Shown here: in pieces, positions 1-11,139 of the stretch
Layout of the letters: each line of letters starts with the position of its first letter
Position numbering within the stretch: the stretch's first letter is position 1
NCBI RefSeq assembly: GCF_006345805.1
Contig: NC_043017.1
Coordinates: 24,366,001-24,430,000, forward strand
DNA from: Octopus sinensis
Lineage: Eukaryota
DNA: 64,000 nucleotides
Reading direction: 5' to 3'
Translations under genes and position numbers: made by a program
The notes under the pieces: generated by a model
What the model was told of the DNA's origin: nothing
What the model saw: only the letters and a program-made list of their open reading frames with translations
The model's database searches: none

Positions 1-132
1 AGAAATGACATGGAAGTAACATAAACATACAAATACAATATCATAAACAGGATGAAAAGAAAGAGGAGAATAAAATTCTGTTTTACTTAAATAAGATGGA
101 GTTAAAGATAACTTTTGCAAAGGTCTCAATTC

Positions 133-1678
133 TCACCGAATTTCTCGTCGTCTTTTGTTTTCAGTTCTTGAAGAGCTGTTATTATGTTTATTCTTAATTT
201 TCGTTAATGTCTCGTCTTCTGAAAACTTTCTCTTTTTGGAATGTTTCCTTGAAGAATGTTTACTTCCATGCTTAGTGCTATGCTTCGACAAATGTTTTTT
301 GCTGTGGGAACTGACCCTTATTTGTGAAGATGAGATTTTGTATGAGGAAGTTTGGTCTTTTTTCTTATCATCATCGCTCACAATCTCCCCCTTTTCTAAG
401 TCTACACACTCAGTTTCTGACTGTTCAGTGACTGCATGTAAATCACTTTGTGGCTGAGGAGAAAATGTTTTGAGAGAATTCTGATCTTCTCTCAGACTGT
501 CATTACTGCAATATTCCTCATCACGAGTCTGATAGATATCAACTAACTGTGTTGTATCTTCACAATCTTCATCTTGTTGCCTTCTGTTATGGGCAGCAAT
601 TTCTTGCGATAGCTTCTTCTTCATTTCATTCAAAAACTCCAGGCTGTGATTCTCTGCAAGTTTGTCACCTGGGACTAAATTTTCTACAGACAGATTACAT
701 TCAGTTTTACTTGGCGAAAACAGTTTACGAACAATAGTTTTGCTTCTTGGCACAGCAGCATTAGAATCAGAATCTTCACTGCTTGTTGAGTCATGTGCTC
801 CCGAGTTTGTCGCACTGCTAGAATAGCAAGGAATAATTATTGGAGAATGAGAAACTTCTAAATTAGACATTCCAAAACATCTAACAACTATAGGTTCTGG
901 ACTATTGAATACTTTTGAGGCTTTATACTTTGGTGAAATAACAGGCGAGTGGTTTCTGTCACACTTAGTTGTCAATTTTGGAGAAGTCACAACTGGATCA
1001 CACATTTTACTGCGATGTTTGTCATTTGAAGAGAATTTTCCAGTAGAAGATTTAGAGCTCTGTGCATCGGATTCTGTAGATTTTACAGACTGTTTTGCAG
1101 ATATACTGATTGGTTCTACAGACTGCTGACAATCAATCAACTTAGAATCTTGTCTCTTGGCACTACCAGACTCACTGGAGTTGTTAGATAAATTGCACTT
1201 CTCTTTGAGTGGAGTAGTGTGAGATTTTCTATTCTCAGACCTTGAAGACAATTTTTGTGTGGATGAAGGTGTTTTTTGGTAATGATGTTTACTACTGTCC
1301 TTTTTATGTTCCCTTGAGGAATTTTCCATTTTTATATCTGAAAAATTATTTCTAGTTTTGGAGTGTCTTGAGGATTTCTTTTCCAACGATCCATTATCTT
1401 TTGTTTCAGGCTTCTGTAAATCTCGACGACTAGAGTGCTTTTCTTCATATCTTCGGTCATCATGCCTTTGTTCTTTTGAGCCAGAATGGTGAGAATTAGA
1501 CTTACTATCAAAATATCGGGGATTTTTTACATCAGAATGTCTTGAGTGTCTCCTATCATTTTCTTTAGTGTCTCTTTGATCTCTTTGAGGAGGTTTGTGT
1601 CTCTGATGGTGAGAATTCCAATGTGAATATCCTGACTGCATCTGTTTCAAACACTTTTCTTTTTCATAGAACTCTATT
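133..1678 (-). CDS. CASP8AP2: FLASH homolog, large low-complexity exon (S/K/R/H-rich, LEKGEIVSDD motif)
   Basis: Acceptor TTTCCAG| at 1679; the first base completes the AA+A Lys codon. Open to TGA at 135-133. LEKGEIVSDD resembles FLASH LEEGEIRSD. The joined CDS is 1842 nt (613 aa). A donor CG|GTGAGA overlaps the stop, so the gene may continue left of the window. Confidence 0.82.
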
Positions 1679-1765
1679 CTGGAAAGAGAACAAGAAATCG
1701 AAAAATTAATGTTACATTGTAAAATCACATCTTCAACTATCAGAGTGAGAAACAAAGAATACATA

Positions 1766-2187
1766 TGTTAAATGTTCTACAAGTTTGTAGTGATGCTACT
1801 GTGTAGGGTTCAGAGCACATGCGCAGAATGGGACTACTTCTGGGTGGCTACCGGAAGTCTTCCCCATGCACATGTGCGGGAAACGTTCCCTTACCCGCCA
1901 AACTCAAATATCTTTCTCCGGCTCCACAGCTCATCGCGATCGGACGTACATTCAATGGGCTCTGACAACCTCACGACATAGCCGCCAACGACCACCAACA
2001 AACTTCAACAAACTAACACGAAGCTGTATATCAGAGGCTGTCTTTCTCCCATCAGACACACGTACGACATCGCAATAAATAAACGAACTGCTGTCTTTTT
2101 ACCTACAACCTGACTTCGTCTGTATTGTCTTATAAAATTGTATGTGACTAGATCGGATATCGACACCCTTTCAGTGAATCGATAACA
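1766..2187 (+). mobile_element. Probable solo LTR (~420 bp) in a FLASH intron
   Basis: TGTTA...TAACA inverted termini, internal AATAAA at 2074, and CpG-rich compared with the flanks. No clear TSD. Confidence 0.5.
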
Positions 2188-2794
2188 GATCCTTCGTTAC
2201 AAGTTCATAGGTTGATTTGTATTGCCATCATCCTCATGCTCATTTAATGCCTGTTTTCCAAGCTGGCCAGACAGAGAGCTGTACCAGGTTCCAATTGTGA
2301 TTGGCCAATTAGTGTTACCACTGAAGAACATGAAATGCTTGTGGCTCAAGCATTCATTCAAAGTTCCCAGAAACCAGAAAGCAGGGTTCCCAATGAACTA
2401 GGCATCTCCTGCAGATACCTAAGCTGACTTATGAATTACTTAGGTTTAACGAAGAAATAGAGAAATAAGAAGATCCCATTCATATTAAGCAACCATTTAC
2501 CTACTTTGCCCACCTGTATATATCTCCTATCAAGGGATAGATAGTAATAATCAAGCATCACCAATGAGGCAATATTACCTTGCTTGGAAATAGGCAAGTG
2601 TTGGTGACGGGAACAGCATCCAGCCTAACAAAAATCTACCTCATCAAATTTTGTCTGACCCGTGTAAGCATAGAAAAAAGTGGATAATGATGGTGTATGC
2701 GGGCACATCAATGTTGACTTAATCTGCTTCTTTACTTGTTACTGTCTGAACAAAACTGTGATGCGACATTTAAATTATATACGAGGGGCATTTT

Positions 2795-2940
2795 TCAGTT
2801 TCCATCTACCAAATCCACTCACAAGGCTTTGGTCAGCCTGAGGCTATAGTTAAAGACACTTGCCCAAGGTGCTACAGAGCTGGAGCGAACCCAAAATCAC
2901 ACAGCTGGGAAACAAGCTTTTTAACCATACACCCACTTCT
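2795..2940 (-). mobile_element. Eroded tRNA-derived SINE (family 1) fragment
   Basis: Matches the CAGTTTCCGTCTACCAAATCCACTCACAAGGCTTTGGTCGGCCCGAGG core, with CpG to TpG/CpA changes. Confidence 0.75.
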
Positions 2941-3044
2941 GCACCTATTGTACCAAACTGCAAAACACTGCCTCAGAATAGGTCACCACCCAACCCATGC
3001 TAGCATGGAAAAACAGAAGTGAAACAAAAACCAAATAGACTTAC

Positions 3045-3235
3045 TTCTCTCTCAAAGAAATAATATTACCACTTTTCCCCTTGATTGTCAAGCATGCAGT
3101 TTTGTACAGATTCAATATATTTTTTTGCAAGTTTGTATTTTTCTCCTCTAATATTTCCATTGCAGATGTGCGTTCTTTTACTGTATTTTCCAAAGTAGCA
3201 ATCTTCTGCATAGCTTCCTGGTATTTTTGTTGCAG
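3045..3235 (-). CDS. CASP8AP2: FLASH homolog, coiled-coil exon
   Basis: Acceptor TTTCAG| at 3236 (phase 0), donor AA|GTAAGT at 3044 (phase 2). NTNLQKNILNLYKTACLTIKGKSGNIISL resembles FLASH [29 protein letters not shown] as recalled. Confidence 0.88.
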
Positions 3236-3675
3236 CTGAAACAAAGAATAGATATTTTTTATGGTTAAGAAGCTTACTTTTGAAACATGGTCTTGGGTTC
3301 AGTCCTACTTCATGGTATGTTGGGTAAAGGTTTTCTAGTATAGCCCCAGGCTGACAAATGCTTTGTGAGTGAATTTCAGGAAACAGAAACTAAGTGGAAG
3401 CCCATTGTCTTTGTGTGTGTACGCTTCACACCACACCACTTGGCAGCCAACGTTGATTTGCTTATGTCCAAGTTACTTAGGTGAGTTAGCAAAAACAACC
3501 AACAGAGTAAGTTCGTTAGTTCTCTCTGTGCCACAATCTCTCCAACCAGCTGTTTTCTACCACTGTTCTAGTCTCATTCTAGCTTCACCCTTCTTGTCTC
3601 CTTTCCTTGTCAATGGCCCTTTGCAATGTAGTTATAGGGCACCCTACTGCTCCCCCAGCTCCATTTCAGGTTTGA

Positions 3676-3900
3676 TTGCAGGATCATTGTGTCACCAACA
3701 ACATTATAACACCTGAGCAAGCTGGACGAAAGAAGGAGCTACTAATTGACAAAATGATCCAGCAAAAAAGAGTTGAAAGTCATAGGAACTTAACTGATTT
3801 GAGAGTGGACTACCAGAAGGCTTTTGATAATATACCACAGGGTAGGGTTATCAAGACTTTACTGTAAACCAAAAGTGCCACAACCACTAGTGAGCACTAC
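3676..3900 (+). mobile_element. R4/Dong-like non-LTR retrotransposon, reverse transcriptase fragment (decayed)
   Basis: NNIITPEQAG..KELLIDKMI..RNL..VDYQKAFDNIP resembles the EQAG/QLLIDK/IDYKKAFDSVPH RT motifs of RLE-type elements; internal deletion and stop. Confidence 0.7.
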
Positions 3901-4066
3901 AGACCAAGATCTGGTACACCTCTTTGCTCCTTAGGAGTGATAACTTAATTAAAGCTTGAAATACGAAAACCCTTCGTAAATAAGTACGCATTACATTAGA
4001 CTGAGTAATCTGAAAGCTAAAGGGTCAATGTTAGACTTTGATTTTTTTTCTTTTGTTTTTACTAAC

Positions 4067-4171
4067 CTCATTAATAGAATCCTTTTCGCATTCAAAGTCT
4101 TCCCGGAGAATATCATCATAAAGGTCAAGGTCACCATTTTGTTGTCGCTCAGTAAATTCTGATAAACTCAT
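4067..4171 (-). CDS. CASP8AP2: FLASH/CASP8AP2 homolog, first coding exon (MSLSEFTERQQNGDLDLYDDILREDFECEKDSINE)
   Basis: ATG at 4171 with an in-frame TGA just upstream; acceptor TTGTAG at 4193-4192; donor GAG|GTTAGT at 4066, phase 0. LDLYDDILRE matches the FLASH Lsm11-binding LDLYEEILTE motif. Too short for the ORF track. Confidence 0.85.
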
Positions 4172-4282
4172 CTTTGCATATCAGCTATGGACTACAATGA
4201 GAAATGAAAGTAGTTTTGTTAACAAAGCTTTAACTTCATGTAGCACAGAGATACAACTGTTAATACACACGTGCAGATAGGG

Positions 4283-4485
4283 AGGCAAACTGGTAGAATC
4301 GTTAGCACGCAGGGCAAAATGCTTAGTGGCATTTCATCCGTCTGTGTCCTGAGCTTAAATTCTGCTGACATCAAATGCCTTTCATTCCCTTTCACAAAAA
4401 AATAAGTATCAGTTAAACACTTAGGTCAAGATAATCAACTTACCCTTCCCCTGAAATTTTTGACCTTGTACCAGAATTTGAAATC
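4283..4485 (+). mobile_element. Degenerate tRNA-derived SINE (family 2)
   Basis: GGCAAACTGGTAGAATCGTTAGCACG head and CCTTGTACCAGAATTTGAAA tail, shared with many other copies in the window. Confidence 0.7.
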
Positions 4486-4499
4486 AGACACTAAACTCT

Positions 4500-4966
4500 G
4501 CTTCTGAAGACCTGTTAAGGCAAGTGAAATCGAAATCAAATTCGATGACTGGCATGCGGGTTATTGGAGCACGAAGAGTACGATCCGAGCATGATCGTTG
4601 CTAGAGCAACAAACTGTCTTCCGTGTCGATGGCACATAAAAAGCACCATTCAAGCGTGATCGTTACCTGTGTCGGCTTACTAGCACCTGTGCTGGTGGCA
4701 CGTGAAAAAACAATCGAGCGAGGTCGTTGCCAGTGCCACTGAACTGGCTCCTGTGCAGGTGGCACATAAAAAGCATCATTTGAGCGTGGCACGTAAAGGC
4801 ACCCGCTACACTCTCGGAGTGGTTGGCGTTAGGAAGGGCATCCAGCTGTAGAAACTCTGCCAGATCAGATTGGAGCCTGGTGCAGCCATCTGGTTCACCA
4901 GACCTCAGTCAAGTCGTCCAACCCATGCTAGCATGGAAAGCGGGCGTCAAACGATGCTGATAATGA
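4500..4966 (+). mobile_element. Non-autonomous retroposon with internal VNTR and RTE-like 3' tail
   Basis: Repeated TGGCACRTAAAAAGCACC units, then GGAAGGGCATCCAGCTGTAGAAAC...CCAACCCATGCTAGCATGGAAAG and a (TGA)-like tail. Confidence 0.75.
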
Positions 4967-5032
4967 AACACTGTGCAGTAATATTAATGCACCTGCAAGC
5001 TTGTGGGGGAGGGGCTATGAAATGTTGACACT

Positions 5033-5535
5033 ATAAGGTGTCACTGATTTATTTGACATCAAGGAGAGGGTCATAGCCCAACTAATTAGGGAGAGAGTTA
5101 GTCTAGATGAGATGTAGTTTGGTTTTGTGCCAGGGAGAAGCACCACTGATGCTATATTTCAGGTATGGCAGCTGCAGGAGAAGTACCTAGCCAAAGATAA
5201 ACCCTTGTACTTGACCTTTGTTGACATGGAGAAAGCCTTTGACAGGGTCCCCCAATCCCTTATCTAGCAGTCAATGTGGTAACTAGGGATAGACAAGTGG
5301 TTGGTGAGAGCTGTCCAAGCCCTGTAAGGTGAGGGTTGGCAATGAGTACAGCAAAGAATTCAGGGTACAAGTAGGAGTTCACCAAGGATCAGTTCTCAGA
5401 CCCCTCTTGTTCATCATAGTCCTCCAGGCAATAACAGAGGAATTTAAGACAGGCTGCCCCTGGGAGCTCCTCTATGCTGATGACCTTGTTCTTATAGCTG
5501 AATCACTACCAGAAGTAGGCAAGTTTCAGGTATGG
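5033..5535 (+). mobile_element. RTE-clade LINE reverse transcriptase fragment (stops, deletion)
   Basis: FGFVPGRSTTDAIF, FVDMEKAFDRVP, GVHQGSVL.PLLF and LYADDLVL motifs. Confidence 0.92.
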
Positions 5536-7622
5536 CCCTTTCAAAAAGATATCATTGATGTAAATAGAAAGAAATGTTTGCAACCACGCACAAATCGCTC
5601 TCACCTCACTTATTATTCAGCGTGACCGACTTAGCTTTACTTCCGTATATCGATTCACGTTCCAAAGTAAATGCTTGATTAATAACGTATTTATTCATTC
5701 TAAATGCGTTCTGGCCGATCCGAACGTGAATATAGATCGTTGTTGCTTTTCCTCACGTTCGAATTTTCCAGAACATCAAGAGGAACAGATCATACGCCGA
5801 AGAGGCAAAAAGCGACTCGCACTTCGTCCACAACCAGCTCTCCCTTGCGATTAATTCCCCGACTCTTGCATAGCGCACTTGACCTGAACAGCCACCCTAA
5901 GAACTGGCACTCTTCGCACCCATCAAGATGAAAATACTCAATCACGGGCTACAGATTGACGACTCGGATAAGACTTTACACCGATGACAATAAATTGTAG
6001 TTGCTTTTCCTTACGTTCACATTTTCCAAAACGTATTTAATATTGAACAGATACGTTAAGATTCTCCATGCTCTGCGAGCAACTCAAGAATTAAATCGGC
6101 GTGGCTTTATTTTTTTTCTTTACCAACCACATGGTTCCGGGTTCAGTCCCACAGCGTGGTACCGCGAGCAAGTTTCTTCCCCTTACAGCCCCAGGCTGAC
6201 CAAAGCTTTGTGAGTAGATTTAGAAGACGAGAATTGAAAAAAAGAAGCTCTTCTCTATAGTCTCGGGACGACCAAAGCCCTGAGTGGATATGGTAGACCG
6301 AAACTGAAAGAATTTCGTCGGACATGTGTGTGTGTGTTTGCGCTCACCACCGCTTAATAACTGGTGTTGGTGTGTTTACCTCCCCGTAACTTAGAGGTTT
6401 GGTAAAAACGAACGATAGCACAGGTCAAAAAAAAAAAGTACTGGAGTCGATTCGTTCGACTATAATCCTTAAGGCGGTATCCCAACATAGCTGCTGTCAA
6501 ATGACTAAAACAATTAAAAGATAAATATTTGTTCATCTTAGGGTGTGTGTCCCACCAATGCTTTTGTAACTTAGTAATTCGGCAAAAATCACCGCTAGAA
6601 TAAGTACCAGACTCAAAAATAAGCTGTTGTCGATTTATTCGACTAAACCCTTCAAGACAGCGACCTTTTATGGTCACGGTCCAATGACTGAAACGAGTAA
6701 AGGAGTAAATAAAAGATTTTACTTTGAGGTCAGGCTGGGTTTTTTTTGTTCGCTGGATTCAAGGTAAAACGCATTGATGTACCAAAACCTGGATAACTAA
6801 CGCATAAATGTAAAACAGTTTGTATCGGGAATTGAAATCGGTTTACCGTATAACTCACAGTACTCGCAAAACGCGTGAATTTATACAATTCGAATAAGAT
6901 TTTTTAAAAAATGGCGAAAATGCTGGAATCGTAGTTCAAACTTATAAAACATACCTGAAAATTTACAGTTGTTTCAAATTCTATTTGGTATTTAGATAAA
7001 AAAATATTTACGAAGATGAACAGTCGGTCGGTGTAGTTACGTTAATAACATATATTCATTCGGGTTATCATTACACGATTGAAATTATATATAAGTCTAA
7101 AGATATAAATGGAAGTTAAAATGATAAGAGATGAGTGAGTTGATAAAAACGAATTTTAAAAACTAGATGATGGATATGTCTAGAAAATGGTTTGATTTAT
7201 GCTAAACGCCTCATCGCTCCGGCCTTTGGATTAATTTTTCACAGTTCGCGCGTTTTTTTGTTTTTATCTAAGTTGTATACACTAGCCTCGTTCTCGAAAT
7301 GTTACGATGTCGCGAGGTCGTGACCCCGTGTCGTGTGTATTGGTTATTTGTTGTGTGTGTGTGTGCGTATGTATCTGTGTGTGTGCATATGTGTTTGTAT
7401 CTATCTGTGTGTATGCGTATGCTTGTATGTGTGTTCATATCGGCATTCTTTCGTTTCAAGCAGTAAAGTTGTCAACTCGAACAAAGGAATGCCTTTATAT
7501 CTATCTGTGTGCGTGAGTGCTTGTATGGATCCTCTCTCTTTGTGCGTGTATCTTTATATCTATATGTGTGTGTATGTTTGTATTTATGTGTGGATGTGTA
7601 TGTGTTTGTATCTGTGTGTGTG

Positions 7623-8004
7623 TTTACTCTTTTACTTGTTTCAGTCATTTGACTGCGGCTATGCTGGAGCACCGCCTTTAGCCGAGCAAATCGACCCCGG
7701 GACTTATTCTTTGTAAGCCCAGTACTTATTCTATCGGTCACTTATGCTAAGTAACGGGGACGTAAACACGCCAGCATCGGTTGTCAAGCAATGCTAGGGG
7801 GGACAAACACAGACACACAAACATATACATATATACATACATATATACGACAGGCTTCTTTCAGTTTCCGTCTACCAAATCCACTCACAAGGCTTTGGTC
7901 GGCCCGAGGCTATAGTAGAAGACACTTGCCCAAGGTGCCACGCAGTGGGACTGAACCCGGACCATGTGGTTGGTAGACAGGCTATTTACCACACAGCCAC
8001 TCCT
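7623..8004 (-). mobile_element. Full-length tRNA-derived SINE family 1, CpGs intact
   Basis: A-box-like TGGCTGTGTGG, B-box-like GGTTCAGTCC, internal (TA/TG) tract and GTAAAAGAGTAAA tail. Other copies at ~6130-6700, 8881-9086, 16622, 17332, 32589, 39481, 40640, 42790, 51820, 58250 and 59690. Confidence 0.9.
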
Positions 8005-8349
8005 ATGTGTTCATAGCTATTTGTTTGCGTGTTTTTTGTATCTACCTGGATGTGTGTGTACGAATCTATCAGTGTACGCATATGTGTATGATCCTGATCC
8101 CTAACTGAACGAAATTAGTCTCTTTTTTTTTTTATCAAATAAATGGAATATTTATTCAGCAACAAATTTTTACAGAAAGAAAAAATATCAAAACTATAAA
8201 AGGTTAAATTATCGAGACAAAAAGAAAAACGGAATTACTTCGACATGGAAACAAAGAGAAGGAGAATTAAGCAGTACAAGATAGGGGCGAAGGATTAACA
8301 GGTTGTTCACCTGAACCCGAATGGGTGTATTCATCCGCACCTCGCAGAT

Positions 8350-8716
8350 TGTAGAGGCGCAATGGCCCAGTGGTTAGGGCAGCGTACTCGCGGTCATAGG
8401 ATTGCGGTTTCGATTCCCAGACCGGGTGTTGTGAGTGTTTATTGAGCGAAAACACCTAAAGCTCCACATGGCTCCGGCAGGGGATGGTGGTGATCCCTGC
8501 TGTACTCTTTCACCACAACTTTCTCTCACTCTTACTTCCTGTTTCTGTTGTACCTGTATTTCAAGGGGCCGGCCTTGTCACTCTCTGTGTCACGCTGAAT
8601 ATCCCCGAGAACTACGTTGAGGGTAGACGTGTCTGTGGAGTGATCAGCCACTTACACGTTAATTTCATGAGCAGGCTGTTCCGCTGATTAGGATCAACCG
8701 GAACCCTCGTCGTCGT
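8350..8716 (+). mobile_element. Young tRNA-derived SINE (family 3) with 12-bp TSD
   Basis: Perfect CACCTCGCAGAT direct repeats at 8338-8349 and 8717-8728; A box TGGCCCAGTGG, B box GGTTTCGATTCC, (CGT)n tail. A degenerate reverse relative lies at ~57185-57440. Confidence 0.9.
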
Positions 8717-9110
8717 CACCTCGCAGATATAATTGCAAAGGCTTTGCGCGGAGAATGGCCATCAGCACTCGTTACAGCACCCCCAACTCGTTTCTCAGAC
8801 GAGGCGTTGTTATCCTGATTTTGAGGTGGAAATCAGCCGTGCAAGGTCCGAGAACACCCCAGGGCGGAACTCATATAACCTCTCTTTTACTTCAGTCATT
8901 TGACTGCGGCCATGCTGGAGCACCGCCTTTAGTCGAGTAAAGCGACCCTAGGACTTATTCTTTGTAAGCCTAGTACTTATTCTATCGGTCACTTGTGCCG
9001 AACCGCTAGGTTACGGGGTGGTAAACACACCAGCATCGGTTGTCATGTGGCTGGTAAGGAAGCTACTTACCACACAGCCACTCCTGGAAAGAAAGGAGGC
9101 AATGGGCCAC

Positions 9111-9924
9111 ATACCTATTTCTTCACTACCCACAAGGGGCTAAACAAAGAGAAGACAAACAAGGACAGACAAACGGATTAAGTTAATTATATCGATCTCC
9201 AGTGCGTAACTGGTACTTAATTTATCGACCCCGAAAGGGTGAAAGGCAGAGTCGACCACGGCGGAATTTGAACTCAGATCATAATGGCAGACGAAAGACG
9301 GCTACGCATTTCGCCCGGCAGGTTCAATTACGGATCGTGGTCAAAGGGAGACAATCCCATGTAGTTGACATAACGAAGTCTTTTCCTCCCCCATTTTCTA
9401 GAGATACCTATTTCTTTACTACCCACAAGGGCTAAACATAGAAGGGACAAACAAGGACAGACAAACGGATTAAGTCGATTATTACCAGTGCGTAACTGGT
9501 ACTTATTTAATCGACCCCGAAAGGATAAAAGGCAAAGTCGACCACGGCGGAATTTGAACTCAGAACGTAACGGCAGACGAAATACGGCTACGCATTTCGC
9601 GCGGCAGATTCAATTACGAATCGTGGTCAAAGGGAGACAATCCCTTGTAGTTGACAACGAAGTCTTTTCCTCACACAATTTTTCTAGAGATATCTATTTC
9701 TTTACTAGCCACAGGGGGCTAAACACAGAGGGGACAAAAAAAGGACAGACAAACGGATTAAGTCGATTATATTGACCCCAGTGCGTAACTGGTACTTATT
9801 TAATCGACCCCGAAAGGATGAAAGGCAAAGTCGACCTCGGCGGAATTTGAACTCAGAACGTAACGGCAGACGAAATACCGCCAAGCATTTCGCCCGGCGT
9901 GCTAACCATTCTGCCAGCTCGCCT
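9111..9924 (-). repeat. Three tandem ~290-bp units built on SINE family 2
   Basis: Units start at 9111, 9404 and 9690. Units 1 and 2 carry a shared ~90-bp non-SINE segment in place of the SINE head; unit 3 is complete. Confidence 0.9.
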
Positions 9925-9932
9925 CCACATAC

Positions 9933-10200
9933 CTCAATGCAAGTGGTGTGCTCAACCACACCCTGCGGTAACGACTGTGATAGTGTTGCCAGCGACACTC
10001 ACAGCAGCAACCACACCAGCTCGCAGGGCTCATTTTTCTTAGACGGGCCGCCGGTATCCCTATTTTGCATCCTAGAGAACCTGACGCATCGTCGGTGACC
10101 GGCATAAGCCGACAGCAGCCGGTCAGGTCATTGTATCTATTGATTTCTTTCTCTCCATGTAAGGGGCAGCGACGCCCGGTTTTGCAATCGTTGTAAGATT
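9933..10200. promoter_or_regulatory. CpG-rich candidate divergent promoter/first-exon region (FLASH minus, ZNF plus)
   Basis: Non-repeat, CpG-dense stretch bounded by a minus-strand donor GAG|GTATGT (9932) and a plus-strand donor CAT|GTAAGG (10159). Inference only. Confidence 0.4.
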
Positions 10201-10292
10201 CCTCAATGTGTTGTGGAATGAGTTAAGAAAAAAAAAACCCATTTTGTTAAATTTCTTCCAACCAGTCAAATTTTAACCAGATTATTTTCAAC

Positions 10293-10482
10293 ATATTTGG
10301 ATCTTTTCCTTTTGAAAGCCAGATTTTATGTTTAAACTTATAAAATACATTTTTGTCAAAAAAAACTACTTGAAATTATTGTTTTCTTTTGACACATTCT
10401 ACCAGTATACGAAGTTTCAAATTATTTAGTTAACTAGAAAAATCTTAAAAATCTGGCTTTCAAAAAGAAAAGATCCACATAT
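10293..10482. mobile_element. MITE with ~35-bp terminal inverted repeats
   Basis: ATATTTGGATCTTTTCCTTTTGAAAGCCAGATTTT versus AAAATCTGGCTTTCAAAAAGAAAAGATCCACATAT. A related reverse copy starts at ~63615. Confidence 0.75.
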
Positions 10483-11033
10483 TTACGTCTGATATACTTC
10501 TGCATGCCATTGACAATAATTGCATTCGTTATTTACGGAAATTGATAATAAAGAATTTACAAACGTTTAAAATGTAATTTTAGCCAATTGGCAGCCTCTA
10601 TTGCATGGCATACCGGAAATCGTGATTCTTCGTCCCCATGGAAACAGAATACACGAAACTTTACATGATTCTCCCCCAGCCTGCGAAAAACATTGGTTTC
10701 TTTTTCTTGAAACTGCACGGTGGTTTTTAAAAACAACCCAAAAGAACGACCCTTGTTCCTAAGTACTGTTTATTTCCTCGTTTGAGGCAGGCCCAATGAC
10801 TTTTATTAAATAACATTTAAATTAAAGTCAATTACCAATAGATCACGTCCGTGGAGACGGACTTCAATTTAAATATTATTAACACTCAACAAGTGGAAAG
10901 CAGCAAGGACTGAGTGATGAACTGGAGTGGAGGTACGGCTTAATGGAAAATATCCGTATAGTGGAAAAAAACCGAGAGGTAGAAATGCTTCATACGAGCT
11001 CAAACATACGCACACACATATTTAAAGAAAGAA

Positions 11034-11034
11034 T

Positions 11035-11079
<45 letters not shown>

Positions 11080-11100
11080 GTAGGTAGGTAGGTAGATAGG

Positions 11101-11138
<38 letters not shown>
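11034..11138. repeat. (GATA)n/(GGTA)n compound microsatellite
   Basis: Direct reading. Confidence 0.97.

Positions 11139-11139
<1 letters not shown>

Noticed and set aside
1679-1764. N-terminus MYSLFLTL... of the 543-aa ORF
   Set aside because: It is intronic read-through upstream of the acceptor at 1679; the real start is at 4171.
5790-5940. Minus-frame DGCEEC resembling SPT4 DGCDNC
   Set aside because: The similarity is limited to six residues, with no start codon and no continuing alignment.
8352-8425. tRNA gene (also the heads at 16622, 17332, 31745 and others)
   Set aside because: A and B boxes are present, but they run into multi-copy SINE bodies with tails and a TSD; no clean cloverleaf.
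9902-10105. Cys-rich minus ORF (WCGCCCECRW) as a gene
   Set aside because: No recognisable domain; its tail runs into a SINE, and splicing to 4191 would hit a stop immediately. At most a uORF.
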